From Isurus oxyrinchus (Eukaryota): a stretch of DNA of 64,000 bases. Below, piece after piece: positions 36,920-50,099 of this stretch. The notes beneath the pieces are model-generated. The model saw only the letters and a list, made by a program, of their open reading frames with translations, was not told the origin of the DNA and did no database searches. Every line of letters begins with the position of its first letter. Position 1 is the stretch's first letter. The translations under genes were made by a program, and so were the position numbers. The stretch covers positions 22,568,001-22,632,000 of the forward strand of contig JANJGN010000017.1 of the NCBI GenBank assembly GCA_026770705.1, written 5' to 3'.

Positions 36920-38702
36920 TGAACCCCACTCGACCCCCAGCCCAGCCATTAGACCGCGGGTTCAGCCATTCGACCCCAGGTCCAGCCACTCGACCCCGAG
37001 TGAAGCCACTCGCCCCCGAGCCCAGCCTCTCAACCCCGAACCCAGCCTCTCGACCCTGAACCCAGCCACTCGACCCCCAGCCCAGCCACTCGACCCCCAA
37101 CCCAGCCACTCGACCCCCAGCCCAGCCACTCGACCCCCAGCCCAGCCACTCGACCCCCAACCCAGCCACTCGACCCCCAGACCAGCCACTCGACCCCCAG
37201 ACCAGCCACTCGACCCCCAGCCCAGCCACTCGACCCCCAACCCAGCCACTCGACCCCCAACCCAGCCACTCGACCCCGAGTGAAGCCATTCGCCCCACGC
37301 CCAGCCCTCGAACCCAAGGCCCAGCCACTCGACCCGAGGCCAGCCACTCGACCCGAGGCCAGCCACTCGAACCCGATCCCAGCCACTTGACCCCGAGGCC
37401 AGCCACCCAACCCCGATCCCAGCCACACGACCCGGAGGCCCAACCACTCGACCCCGAGCCCAGCCACTCGACCCTGAGCCCAGCCACTCGACCGCGGGCC
37501 CAGCCACTCGACCCCGATCCCAGCCACTCGACCTCGATCCCAGCCACTCGACCCCGAGGCCAACCACTCGACCCCGATCCCAGCCACTCAACCCCGAGGC
37601 CAACCACTCGATCCCGATCCCAGCCACTCGACCTCGATCTCAGCCACTCGACCCCGATCCCAGCCACTCGACCTCGATCCCAGCCACTCGACCCCGAGGC
37701 CAACCACTCGACCCCGATCCCAGCCACTCGATCCCGAGGCCAACCACTCGATCCCGATCCCAGCCACTCGACCCCGAGTCCAGCCACTCGACCCCAATCC
37801 TATCCACTCGACCAAAATCCTATCCACTCGACCCCGAGGCCAGCCACTCGACCCCGAACCCAGCCACTCGACCCCGAGGCCCAGCCAGTCGACCCTGACC
37901 CCAGCTACTCGACCCCGAGGCCCAGCCACTCGACCCTGACCCCAGCTACTCGACCCCGAGGCCCAGCCACTCGACCCCAAGCCCAGCCACTCGACCCCGA
38001 GGCCAACCACTCGATCCCGATCCCAGCCACTCGACCCCGAGGCCAACCACTCGACCCCGAGGCCAGCCACTCGACCCCGATCCCAGCCACTCGACCCCGA
38101 TCCCAGCCACTCGACCCCGATCCCAGCCACTCGACCCCGAGGCCAACCATTCGATCCCGAGTCCAGCCACTCGACCCCGAGCTCAGTCACTCGACGCCGA
38201 GTCCAGCCACTCGACGCCGAGCCCAGCCACTCGACCCCGAGGCCAACCAGTCGAGCCCGAGCCCAGCCACTCGACCCCGAGCCCAGCCACTCGACCCCGA
38301 GCCCAGCCACTCGACCGCGGGCCCAGCCACTCGACCCCAAGGCCAACCACTCGACCCCAAGGCCAACCACTCGACCCCAAGGCCAACCACTCGACCCTGA
38401 GTCCAGCCACTCGACCCCGAGCCCAGCCACTCGACCCCGAGGCCAACCACTCGACCCCGAGCCCAGCCACTCGACCCCGAGGCCAACCACTCGACCCCGA
38501 GCCCAGCCACTCGACCCCGTGTCCAGCCACTCGACCCCGAGTCCAGCCACTCGACCCCGAGCTCAACCACTCGACCCCGAGCCCAGCCACTCGACCCCGA
38601 GGCCAGCCACTCGACCCCGAGCCCAGCCACTCGACCCCGAGCCCAGCCACTCGACCCCGAGCCCAGCCACTCGACCCCGAGCCCAGCCACTCAACCCCGA
38701 GC
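36920..38702. repeat. 20-bp CpG-rich minisatellite, about 88 copies, in an STN1 intron
   Basis: Unit CCCAGCCACTCGACCCCGAG with variants. Confidence 0.95.
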
Positions 38703-38924
38703 TTTGGAGATTTACAGAGATGCCCGCGTAGTGTGAACAAAAACAAAAGTGGCTGAACACACAAAGGCTCACTGAACAAAGGGGCCACATGAGCTCTCAT
38801 TCACCCATGGTAATCCACACACAGCCCCGCACCCCAACACTCACTCACACACAGACAATCTCAAGGCACTACCCCATACATGGTGCCACCCCACCCCCAC
38901 CCCCACCCAGACAGACTGACTCAC

Positions 38925-39080
38925 AAATACTGGTGGAGTTGACTTCTCTTTGATCTCTAAAATCTCTGAGCCAGCCCCTGACCTGGACGATGTCACCCAG
39001 TTCTAACTGGGAGCTGCTTTGCTCCAGCTGATTGATCCTGTTCAGCTGTTCCAGGAGGTTCAGACCAAAGGAAGACGAAG
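38925..39080 (-). CDS. STN1: STN1 coding exon 4 (...LELGDIVQVRGWLRDFRDQREVNSTSI)
   Basis: Like human IEIGDTIRVRGSIRTYREEREI, 156 nt, AG/GT. Confidence 0.93.
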
Positions 39081-39858
39081 CTGTGGGAGGAAAGCAGAAC
39101 TCAGGAGAATTTGAAATGAAAGGTTGGCTTGACCAGTTTATTCTGTGCAACCAACAGTTGAAGGATAATTAAACAACTCACTGGAGGAGGAGGCTCCACA
39201 AACATCCCCATTATCAATGATGGAGGAGCTCGGCACATCAATGCAAAAGATAAGGCTGAAGTATTTGCAACAATCTTCAGCCAGACATGCCCAGTGGATG
39301 ATCCATCTTGGCCTCCTCCGGAGGTCCCCAGCATCACAGATGCCAGACTTCAACCAATTCGATTCATTCCATGTGACAATAAGAACAGCTGATGACACTG
39401 GATACAGCAAAGGCTATGGACCCTGACAGCACCCTGGCTGTAGTATTGAAGACTTGTGCTCCAGAACTTGACACGACCCCAGCCAAGCTGTTCCAATACA
39501 GCTACAACACAGTCATCTAGCTGATAATGTGGAAATTTCCCCAGGTATGTCCTATCCACAAAAAGGAGGACAAATTCAATCCGGCAAATAACCGCCCCCA
39601 TCAGTCTATTCTCAGTCATCAGTAAAGTAATGGATGGGGTTGTTGACAGTGCTATAAAGCGGGACCACCAGAGGGGCAGTATTCATCGTTCCTTCACTTT
39701 TGCTGGGTCAAAATCCTGCAGCTCCTTCCCAAACAGCACTGTGGGTTTACCTACATTACATGGATGGCAGCATTCAATAAGGCAGCTCACCACCAACTTT
39801 GCAAGGGCAATTTGGGATGGGTAATAAAAGCGAAAAATGAATAATAAAAACACTGTAC

Positions 39859-39930
39859 CTAGTTTTATGTTCTCCATTGCTCTTTGTTTTTTCCACCACA
39901 AGCAGCTGATCACTCCAGTCCCATCATCCA
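39859..39930 (-). CDS. STN1: STN1 coding exon 3 (VDDGTGVISCLWWKKQRAMENIKL)
   Basis: VDDxTGVIxC motif, 72 nt, AG/GT. Confidence 0.93.
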
Positions 39931-40189
39931 CTGCAAAGCAGATTCAGCTAGTGAGGGAGAAGTGTAAACAAGCAGGACGGGCAACAACAGAATCATTTAC
40001 AGCAACAATTTTATTTAGCACATGCACAATCACAGAACCAAGCAATAGCCTTGTCAGTGGCTCGATGGATTTTTAAAATCCTGCCTTTAAGTTTAGTCAG
40101 CAGAGACTGTGGGGGAAGGGCAGGTCAAGGTTGCTCAGGACTCGGAGCCAGGGGAGAAGCCTGGTTGAAGAGTACCTGTGATAATGCAC

Positions 40190-40650
40190 ATTATTGAGTT
40201 GAGTTGCACATTGATATGTTTGGTATGGGCAGCCTGGTCCAATACTGGTGGTCAGTATTCTGCAGTTTAGTACTTGATGGCAAGAGCAGGGTCCTTAAGA
40301 GTCTTGGCCTGTGATCCACAAGAGGTACCGACCAGTTTACTGAGGAGGCTATTGCAGGTTTTAATTTTTCTTGCAGTCTTGATGAGGTGCTATCTGTAAG
40401 TGAGGGTTCTGTCCTGGGTGACACCTAGATAAACAGGGCGGGAATCGTGCTTCAGTCTTTGGCCATCCAGAGTGGTGTTTAGTTCCCTCTTAGCACTGGC
40501 ATTGTGAAGGTGGAATGTACTAGAGACCGTTTTATTGGTGCTCAGTTTTAGGCACCAGGTCTTGTAGTAGTCGGCAATATCGTCATTTAGTATGCCTTCC
40601 ACCTTAGGGAAAGTGTGAGCCTGTGTGCCACAGCTGATGTCATCACAGCA
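40190..40650 (-). mobile_element. Ingi/Vingi-like LINE RT fragment
   Basis: FHLHNASAKRELN..LDGQRLKHD..PVYLGVTQDRTLTYR resembles the recalled Vingi RT C-terminus. Confidence 0.5.
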
Positions 40651-41078
40651 ACAATGTCAAACCCTGACACCAACCCTTTCATTACTGCATTTACAATCAT
40701 TTCCTGAACTCCACATGACTAAAATAAGACAGCTGTTCAGCACACCTGTGCCCCTGGCCCCAAATCCCACTCCCACCAATTCATCAGAGCGCCCAAAGGT
40801 GCCCTCTCGATCCTTCAGCTCTCAGTGACAGAACACCAAACTACTAGGTTCCAAGACTGGCTCCACCTGGGGGTGGGTGAGGTTCTGATGAACCTAAACG
40901 TTAACTCTGTTTCTCTCTCCACAGATGCTGTCTGACATGCTGAGTATTTCTAGCATTTTCTGTTTTTATTTCAGATTTCCAGCATCTCCAGTATTTTGCT
41001 CTCCTGCACAATGTTGGTGCTCTGGTGCTGCCAAGGAGAGTGTAGAAATAAACACATGATCCATCCTGAAACACCAAC

Positions 41079-41174
41079 CTCCAAAATTGAAAAACTTCTC
41101 CCTCTCTCGCTTCTGAACAATTGTACCCAGGATATCCACCTTGGTGATGGGATGGGTTTTATAGAAGAACACTC
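41079..41174 (-). CDS. STN1: STN1 coding exon 2 (GVFFYKTHPITKVDILGTIVQKREREKFFNFG)
   Basis: OB-fold segment like human GVFLYNGHPIKQVDVLGTV, 96 nt, AG/GT. Confidence 0.95.
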
Positions 41175-41269
41175 CTGTGCAAACAATACAAATCAAGATT
41201 AAATCACCACATTAATCTGCAAACACTTCCAGAGCTTCAAATACTGGCTAGTGCTGCAGTTAAACCAAG

Positions 41270-42592
41270 AAAGGATTGGACCAAAGTATAGGCTAATAAA
41301 TGACAGCCAGAAAAGATCTATGAGAGGCAAATTGTATGTGATTAGCTTAATCGAGTTCTTTAGATACAGTAATGGAGAGGATTGATGAGGGTAATGTGGT
41401 TGCTGTTTTGAATATGGAATTTGAAAAAGCATTTGACAAATAACCATATAATAGACTTGTCAGCAAAATTGAAGCCCATTGGATTGAAGATGCAAAATTC
41501 ACTGAGAGACAGAAAGCAGAGAATATGAGTGAAAGGTTTTTCAGCCTGGAGGAAAGTAAACATTGGTGTTCTCCAGGGTCAGTATTAGGACCACTGCTCG
41601 TGCTCCTTTTTAATTTATACTCATGGCCTAGATGTGGGTATACAGGCCACAACTTCCAATTTTGCTGATGACATCCAACACAGCAATGTAATAAACAGTG
41701 TGGAAGACAGTAATAGACTTTGGGAGGACATAGGCAGAGTCACAGAATCACACAGTGCAGAAGAAGCCCTTCAGCCCATTGAGTCTGCACTGACACGTGA
41801 GAAACACCTGACCTACCTACCTACCCAATCCCATTTACCAGCACTTGGCCCATAGCCTTGAATGTTATGATGTGCCAAGTGCTCATCCAGGTACTTTTTA
41901 AAGGATGTGAGGTAACTCGCCTCCACCACCCTCCCAGGCAGTGCATTCCAGACCGTCACTACCCTCTGGGTAAAAAAGTTTTTCCTCACATACCCCCTAA
42001 ACCTCCTGCCCCTCACTTTGAACTTGTGTCCCCTCGTGACTGACCTTTCAACTAAGAGGTACAGCTGCTCTCTATCCACCCTGTCCATGCCTCTCATAAT
42101 CTTGTACACCTCTATCAGGTCACCTCTCAGTCTTCTCTGCTCCATTGACAGACTGATAAAATGGGCAGGCAAGAGGCAGATGAAATATAAGAGAAGTTTA
42201 AAGTGATATATTCTGGAGGAAGAATGAGGAGAGGCAACATAAACTAAAACAGAATTTTAAAGGGACACAGCAAGACACAGCGGGGGTGCATGTACACAAA
42301 TCTATGGTGGCAGGAGAAGTTGAGAAGGTTGTTAAAAAAACATAGGGGATCCTTTGTTTCATTACTTGAGGAATAGAGTACAAAAGCATGGGAGTTATGC
42401 TAAACATTTCTATTTATTTTATAAGGCCTCAGCTGAAGTATTGTGCTCAATTCTGGGAACATGTCAAGGTTTTGGAGGGTGTGCAGAGGATTTACCAGAA
42501 TGATACCAGAGATAAGGGACTCTGTTTTGTGGAAAGACTGTAGAAGCTTAGGTTGTTCACCTTAAAGCAGAGAAGATTAAGAGATTTGATAT
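41270..42592. mobile_element. Nested CR1 fragments (+ host, - insert at ~41740-42140)
   Basis: ORF 41813..42172 with RRLRGDLIEVYKIM. The host continues at 46916. Confidence 0.8.
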
Positions 42593-45500
42593 TGTTATGA
42601 TCCTTGGCCAGACCCTTAAATTGTTTGTAAGTTCCAGTCGGGAACCAATAACGTTTTGTATAAAGTCAACAAAGTTTGACCTTCAAGACACTTGGTCAGT
42701 GAATAAAGCCACAAGATTCCACAGGTTTTGAACAAAGTAAAATAAACTTTACCGTACAAGGTCGGAAAGATAAAACAAGTTACAATATCTATCTTAGACT
42801 CTAACATTCAGGGTTACAATGAAGCATGTGTGTATTTTCAAGCAAACTGTGGTTGAACACACCTCATTACACAAGCAAATGGCAAGTGTGACCAAGGCAG
42901 AGTCCATGGATTTCTCAACAAACCACCCAGACATCAGTAACACTGTGAATCAATCGGTGTCACCAAAACTTGGTCTCTCTCACAAGGGATTCCAGTCTTC
43001 ACCTTCAAAGATCTAACCTGGGAATTCTCCTCAAACGTTGCTCCAACTTGGATAGCATCAACAATGGCCCACCTCACAGGGTTTCAATCTCATCTCCCAA
43101 AATTCCATTTCCCTGGAATCTTGGGTGTGCACTCAAGCACCAACTCACAAGGACAACTTCAACTCTTCAGCCACACTGAGTAGAACCCTACTGCTCCAAA
43201 GAGGTAACCTTGCCCCAACAATCTGCAGCACGGAGTCACCAACCTTCGGCTGCCTTCCTGAATCTTCAGGGTTTCTCCTGAGCCCTCTTCAATTACCAGA
43301 CTCTGATGACATCAAAGGTAGCCCAACTTGCAGGGTTTCAATCTTGTCTCCAAAGATTTGTTCCCCTAGATTCCAGATTCCGCACTCAAGCACCAAATTA
43401 CAGGCATAACTCCAGATCTTCAGCCGTGCCGGGCAGAACACTACTGTCCCAAAGGGGTACCTTTGTCCAACAGCCTTCAGCGTGGAGTCACCAACCTCTG
43501 GCTGCCTTTTTCACTTAATGTCTGTTCCCCACAGCCCTTTTCCTTTTTGGAGTCTGTTTCTCTGCTCCTCTCTTTTTAACAGAACTGGGATCTTCTCCTG
43601 TCCCCTCTCTGGGAATCTTCTGGGGCCTCTCCCTGCCCCCTCTCCCTTTGGGACCTCTCCTTGTCCGGGGCCTTAGTCCTGATCACCTGGCCTGGATTTT
43701 TGCGCCGTTTTCCTTCTTGCACAGGCATGCTGGGCCCAAGGAATGTTAAAGTGTCTGCTGTCATTGGCCCTTCAGATCACTTTGCAGTCTCAGCCCTTTC
43801 TGTTGAAAATTTTACTTCTCAATTCTGCAGGCACTTCTGTTGCTTCTGTAATGTCCATTATATCAGTATTGTTACTTGGATCAGTTCTTTGCTGAACTGG
43901 ATCACAATTGGGCAAGGAGCTTTTATTCACAGGAACAAATTCAGTACTATGACACCCCATCCCAGGTTGTGGAAAATCTATACTGCCCACTATTTCATTG
44001 CCCAATGCAAAGTCTACATTTGTAATAGGTAATTTTGGAAATAACTCCAACAATTACACAACACTTCTTCATCAGAGCATAATTTAAGTGCGATGGGTAA
44101 GGCACATCCTACCCATCAACACTCTGTATTAATACATTCTGATTCAGAGAACTTTCTAAAGAAAGGTCTAAATCCTTTGCTAACAATAAGCTCTGAGCTG
44201 ATAACTATTTTTCTGGGCTCTTTCTTGGACAAAACTGGAGTGACTTACCCTTCCTTATAATCTTTTTTGGTTCTATCTATTTCTACTGTAAAAACATTAG
44301 AAGCACTGGGTTTCTCAAAAGTTTCACTTTCTTGTGCAGCTATCTCTATGGAAAATCCTGTCACTTGCACCAGAGCCACTGTTTTAACATCTGTTCCCTT
44401 TATTGGTACTGTCTTTTTCAAAGACTCCTTAAGAATTCCTATTACTGCCACTGGTTTACTGTTTGCCTTCCAACAATGGACTTTGAGACACCCTGTCTTA
44501 TTACAATAAAAACATACTGGTTTCTCATGTTACTTTTACCCTCTACAATTTCCTTTCTATTGACTAGAACAGCTTCTGCCATTTCCATAAAGCTCGACTA
44601 TTTTCTATTCCTCCAGCTTTTTTTTGGGTTTACCAGTGGAAATCTACTGCTCTTGAGCTGCCAATGCAATATATCATACCCATCTCCCAGAACCACTGCT
44701 TCTAGTACCTTAGAGAACCTATGTTCTTCCAGGTGTGACCTAATAGCTATTGGGATATTATTTTGAAATTCTTCCGGTATCATTAGCTCCCTCACATTCT
44801 CAAAATTTTGTTCTAACTTCAGGGATTGAAATCACTGGTCCCAAACATTTCTTTCTCCCTAGCAATTTCGACAAATGTTTCATTCGATTTTTTCTTCAAA
44901 GTCTAAATCTCAACTGATATGCTTCAGGGACAAGTTGGTAAGCATCAGGTACTGCAGCTTTAACTATCTCATAATCTGATGATTGTTCTTCTGAAAGATT
45001 AGAATGCACATCCAGTCTTCCTGACCAAAAAATGAATGTCCATGTGTCCTTTGGCAACTTTAACTTTGTAGCCACCTTTTCAAATGAGATAAAATATCTC
45101 TCAACCCTGTCTTCCATGAATTTAGGCAATAGGCGAATACTCTTTGTTATATCAAAATTCGGAATGGGACTTGATTCCCCATCCAAACTACTAGAGTCTC
45201 TTTCATCCCATAACCTAAGCCGTTCTCTGGTCAGCTCATGAAGTTTGATTTCTTACTCTCTTTGAAACTCAAGCTTTCGCATTTCCATTTATTTCACTCT
45301 TTTTCTTTCTTTGCTAACTTCTCTCCCTGGAGTTCAAGTTCAAGCTTTCATATTTCCCTTTCTTCTGCTCTTTCTTTTTCTCTTTCCTCTTTTTCCAATT
45401 TGAACTTTCGCATTTCCTTTTCTTTTTCAGGTTCAAGTATTTTAATTTCTCTGAATCAAGCTGCTTCATCTGCAACTGAATTTTAACTAACTCAACTGAA

Positions 45501-46915
45501 TTGCTATCTGGATTAACTTTTCCTTCTTCCAATTCCAGATGCTGTGCTATTACCTCAATTATTTCTGCTTTCTTAGCCCCTGCTTTTAACTCTAACTCTC
45601 TTGCTAATGAGATTAACCTTGTCTTGGTTAATCACTGCAAATCATTCAGGGATAAATTGTCCCTCTCCAGAAAAGTAGCATAAAATGACAATGCTATTTT
45701 GCTTTCCAATCAGTATCGTCAGCAAGTAGCAGCACTTGTATTTGTCAAAATCCCTGATAAGCAGCAAATTTATGTTGTGATCCTTGGCCAGACCCCCAAA
45801 TTGTTGGTAAGATCCAGTTAGGAACTAATAATGTTTTGTTTAAAGTAGACAAAGTTTGAGATTCAAGCCACTTGCTCAGCTAATAAAGCTACAAGATTCC
45901 ACAGATTTTGAACAAAGAAAAATAAACTTTACTATACAAGATAAGAATGGTAAAACAATTTACAATATCTATTTTATATTCTGACATTCAGGGTTATAAT
46001 GAAGTATGTGTGAATTTAGAGGCAAACTGTGGTCGAACTTACCACACTAAACAATAAATGTAAATGCGACCAAGACAGAGTCCATGGATTTTTAAACAAT
46101 CCACCCTGACATCAGTAGCACTTTGAGTCAACCAACCTTATTGAAACTCAGTCTCTCTCACAAGGGATTCCAGTCTTCACCCTTCAAGATCTAAATTGGG
46201 AATTCTCTCCAAAAGTGGTTCTAACTTGGACTGCATCAATGATGGCATACCTCACAGGGTTTCAATCTCGTCTTACAAGATTCCAATCACCTGGATTCCC
46301 GAGTGCACTCAAGCACCAATTCACAAGCGCAAGTTAAGCTCTCCGACTGTGCTGAGCAGAACACTACTGCTCCAAAGGGGTACTGTACCCCAATAGCCCA
46401 CAGCACACAGTCACAAACCTTCGGCTGCCTTCTTGGATCTTCAGGAGTTCTGTTGAGCCCTCTTCAATTACCAGACTCAGACGGTATCAACAATGGTTCA
46501 TCTTGCAGGGTTTCAATCTCAGCTGCCTTCTTCACTTAAGGTATGTCCCCACTTTTTCTGTTTGGAGCCTGTTTCTCTGCTCCTCTCTTTTTAACTGAAC
46601 TGGGACCTTTTCCTGTCCCTGTCCTTTCTTTGGAACTCTTCTCTTGGGACCTCTCCCTGTCCCCTCTCCACTTTGGGACCCCTCCTTCTCTCCTGTCTGG
46701 GACCCTAGTCTTCCATGGTGCTCTGCTCATGGTCACCTGACACAGGTTTTCGCATTATTTTTCATCTTGCACTGGGTCCAAAGAATGTAAAAATGCCAAT
46801 CTGTGCACGTGCAGCCCGCTCCTGATCTGCGCATGTGCAAAAGCTCCGAGGCCAGCAAGAATTGAAGATCCCGACCTCAACTCTCAACACTTAGGTAAGC
46901 TTGACTTTCCTAACA
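42593..46915 (-). mobile_element. Gypsy-type (Gmr1-like) LTR retrotransposon, pol deleted
   Basis: LTRs at 45773-46915 and 42593-~43760, TG...CA ends, TSD ATAT/ATAC. Gag remnants include IRLLPKF..DRVERYFISFEKVA and a CFYCNKTG zinc-knuckle-like motif. No RT or integrase seen. Confidence 0.8.
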
Positions 46916-47807
46916 ATACAGAGGTGCTGAAAATCATGCAGGATTTGTTAGAGTAAATCAAGAGAAACTGTTTCTAGTGATAGAAACATCAGTAGGCAGG
47001 GGACACAATTTGAAGTGATTGGCCAAAGAACCAGAGGGAACATGGAGAAAGATTGTTTTACGAGTGAGTTATGATTGTGAATACAGTGCCTGAAAGGGCA
47101 GTAGGAGCAGATTTAAAATGGATTTTTTTTTTTTATTCGTAGATGTTGGCGTTGCTGGCTAGGCCCATCTCTAATTGCCCTCGTTTAGGGAGCATTTAAG
47201 AGTCAACCACATTGCTGTGGGTCTGGAGTCACATGTAGGCCAGACCAGCTAAGGACAACAAATTTCCTTCCCTAAAGGGCATTAAAGAACCAGATGGGTT
47301 TTTAAAACGATGAACTTTTAATTCCAGATTTTTATTAAATACAAATTCCTCCATCCACTGTGGCCGGATTTGAACTCCGGTTCCCAGAGCATTACCCTGG
47401 GTCTCTGGATCACTAGTCCAGCGACATCATCTCCCCTTGATTGGAGACATACATGAAGAGGAGAAATCTGCAGGGCTATGGAGAAAGAGTTGAGGAGTGG
47501 GATTAATTGGATAGGTCTTTTAAGAGCTGGAACAGGGACAATGGCCTCCATTGGTGTTGAAAGATTTTAGGATTCAATGAGACAGAATCACAATGATCCA
47601 AGTCAAAATGATCAGAATAAGAATCAAATTAACTATTCATGTGTTCAAACAATTAAAGACAGAAATGAACTGTTCACACGATCTGAAAATTTCCTGTTCA
47701 GGCCGCTGCTACGAGATGTACACCACCAGAGGGCCTCAATTCAATCAGTAATTTGGGCAAGAGGATAAGACAGTTAAAACTACAAATACTTCACTTGGTA
47801 TCAAACA

Positions 47808-47960
47808 CATTCTGTCCCTGTTCTCAGAGTGTTTGATGGGGACTCTGTAGAGAGAGCTTTACTCTGTATCTAACTCCGTGCTGTACCTGTACTGGGAGTG
47901 TTTGATGGGGACAGTGTAAAGGGAGCTTTACTCTGTATCTAACCCGGTGCTGCACCTGTC
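47808..47960 (+). repeat. ~65-bp satellite-like tandem repeat (about 2 copies)
   Basis: GGGAGTGTTTGATGGGGACAGTGTA.AGGGAGCTTTACTCTGTATCTAAC unit, the same unit that forms the hairpin at 49143. Confidence 0.7.
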
Positions 47961-49130
47961 ACAGAGTCATAGAATGCAGAAGAGGCCCTTCGGCACATCA
48001 AGTCTGCACCGACACGTGAGAAACACCTGACTGACCTACTTAATCCCATTTACCAGCACTTGGCCCATAGCCTTGAATGTTATGACGTGCCAAGTGCTCA
48101 TCCAGGTACTTTTAAAAAGATGTGAGGCAATCTGCCTCCACCAGCCTCCCAGTCAATGCATTCCAGACCGGCACCACCCTCTGGGTAAAAAAGTTTTTCC
48201 TCACATCCCCCCTAAACCTCCTGCCCCTCACCTTGTACTTGTGTCCCCTCGTGACTGACCCTTCAACTAAGGGGAACATCTGCTCCCTATCCACCCTGCC
48301 CATGCCCCTCATAATCTTGTACACCTTGATCAGGTTGCTCCTCAGTCTTATCTGCACCAACGAAAACAACCCAAGTCTATCCAACCTCTCTTCTTAACTT
48401 AAAATGTTTCATCCCAGGCAATACCCTGGTAAATCTCCTCTGCACCCCCTCCAGTGCAATCACATCCTACCTATAATGTGGTGACCAGAACTGCACACAG
48501 TACTCCAGCTCTGGCCTCACCAAGGTTCCATACAACTCCAACATGATCTCCCTAATTTTGTAATCTATGTCTCGATTGATAAAGGCAAGTGTCCCATATG
48601 CCTTTTCACCACCCCACTAACATGCCTCTCCACCTTCAGAGATCTATGGACACACGGACCAAGGTCCCTTTGTTCCTCAGAATTTCCTGGTGTCCTGCCG
48701 TTCATTGAATACTTCCTTGTCAAATTACTCCTTCCAAAGTGTATAACCTTGCGCTTTTCAGGGTTAAATTCCATCTGCCACTTATCTGCCCATTTGACCA
48801 TCCCGTCTATATCTTCCTGTAGCCCAAGACACTCACTGTTAATCACCCGGCCAATCTTTGTGTCATCTGCAAACTTATTAATCCTACCCCCCACATAGTC
48901 ATCTATGTCGTTTATATAAATGACAAATAATAGGGGAGCCAGCACAGATCCCTGTGGTACGCCACTGGACACGGGCTTCCAGTCACTAAAGCATCCTTCT
49001 GTAATCACCCTCTGTCTCCTACGACTAAGCCAATTTTGAATCCACCTTATCAAATTATCCTGTATCCCATGGGCATTTGCCTTTTTTAAGTCTCCCATGT
49101 GGGACCTTGTCAAAGGATTTGCTGAAATCC
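47960..49130 (-). mobile_element. CR1 LINE RT/3' fragment
   Basis: ORF 48565..49113 with SGVPQGSVL and KFADDTK. Confidence 0.9.
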
Positions 49131-49142
49131 ATATTACACTAT

Positions 49143-49321
49143 CCCTTTACACTATCCATCAAACGCTCCCAGGACAGGTTCAGCATGGAGTTAGAAACAA
49201 AGTAAGCTCCCTTTACACTGTCCTGGGAGTGTTTGATGGGGACAGTATAAAGGGAGCTTTACTCTGTTTCTAACTCCATGCTGTACCTGTCCTGGGAGCG
49301 TTTGATGGATAGTGCAAAGGG
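49143..49321. repeat. Near-perfect inverted repeat (~80-bp arms, ~16-nt spacer)
   Basis: 49143-49223 is the reverse complement of 49240-49321 with few mismatches. Confidence 0.85.
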
Positions 49322-49398
49322 AACTTTGCTTTGTATCTAATCCTCTGTTGGGAATGTCATATTGCTTATTTAAATGAACTGCTCATGCAGTGACCCAC

Positions 49399-49531
49399 CT
49401 GGTATAGGCCGAGATTTCTTAAGTTCTAGGATGTCCTTGATGTAAAGTTTTGCAAATACTCTGTGTACTGGGTCTAGACCCCAGAACATGCTGGGCAGTG
49501 TGTCCTCTGCACACTCACTGTCACTCTGCAT
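49399..49531 (-). CDS. STN1: STN1 coding exon 1 ([44 protein letters not shown])
   Basis: WGLDPV..FAKLYI.DIL signature, 133 nt, GT donor at 49398. An in-frame upstream ATG also exists at 49555. Confidence 0.95.
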
Positions 49532-50099
49532 AATCACTGAAGCTCCAACATCCATCAGAAGTAAGATGCTCAGTCTGTAGTCTCCAACTGCATTTCAAAC
49601 AATGAAAATCATAAAATTCAACTCACAAATTAAATGTAGGGAATTGGGAATGTGCTAGTGGTTGAATTGCTCACCAAACACACACTGTTTCAAGCTGCCA
49701 AACTAATACAATCTTTAATTAACATAAGATTAAATGGGTTGGTTGGAGCCCAACTCGCCCCAGAAAATCAACCTGTCACCTTCACCCTTCCCCCCATGAT
49801 CTCCATCAACTGCTGACAACACCCCCCATAGGCTCCATCTCCTCCTGACAATCCCACCACCTGGGCTCTGAACCCCTTCACCACAACACCCCCCCGCAGC
49901 AAAAGGCTCTGGCCCATTCCCTCACTTTTCTCACTTTCAACCTGTGTTCCCTGTTAGGGGTACCATGGGATGAGAGCCCCTCTGAGACCCTGCTTTGTGG
50001 GTCAGGGTAGTGGGTGGCTGCCAGGGTCAGGATTGGGGCCAGGGTGGGGACCGGTGTTGGTGTGGGGGCCTGCATCGGGGTCAGGACAAGGGTTGGGGG

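Noticed and set aside
11002-38702. Regular repeat arrays as possible CRISPR arrays
   Set aside because: Head-to-tail tandem units with no unique spacers, in a eukaryotic context with no cas genes.
36885-38800. Long ORFs of 200-337 aa on both strands
   Set aside because: They are translations of the 20-bp minisatellite inside an STN1 intron, open in several frames only because the unit lacks stops.
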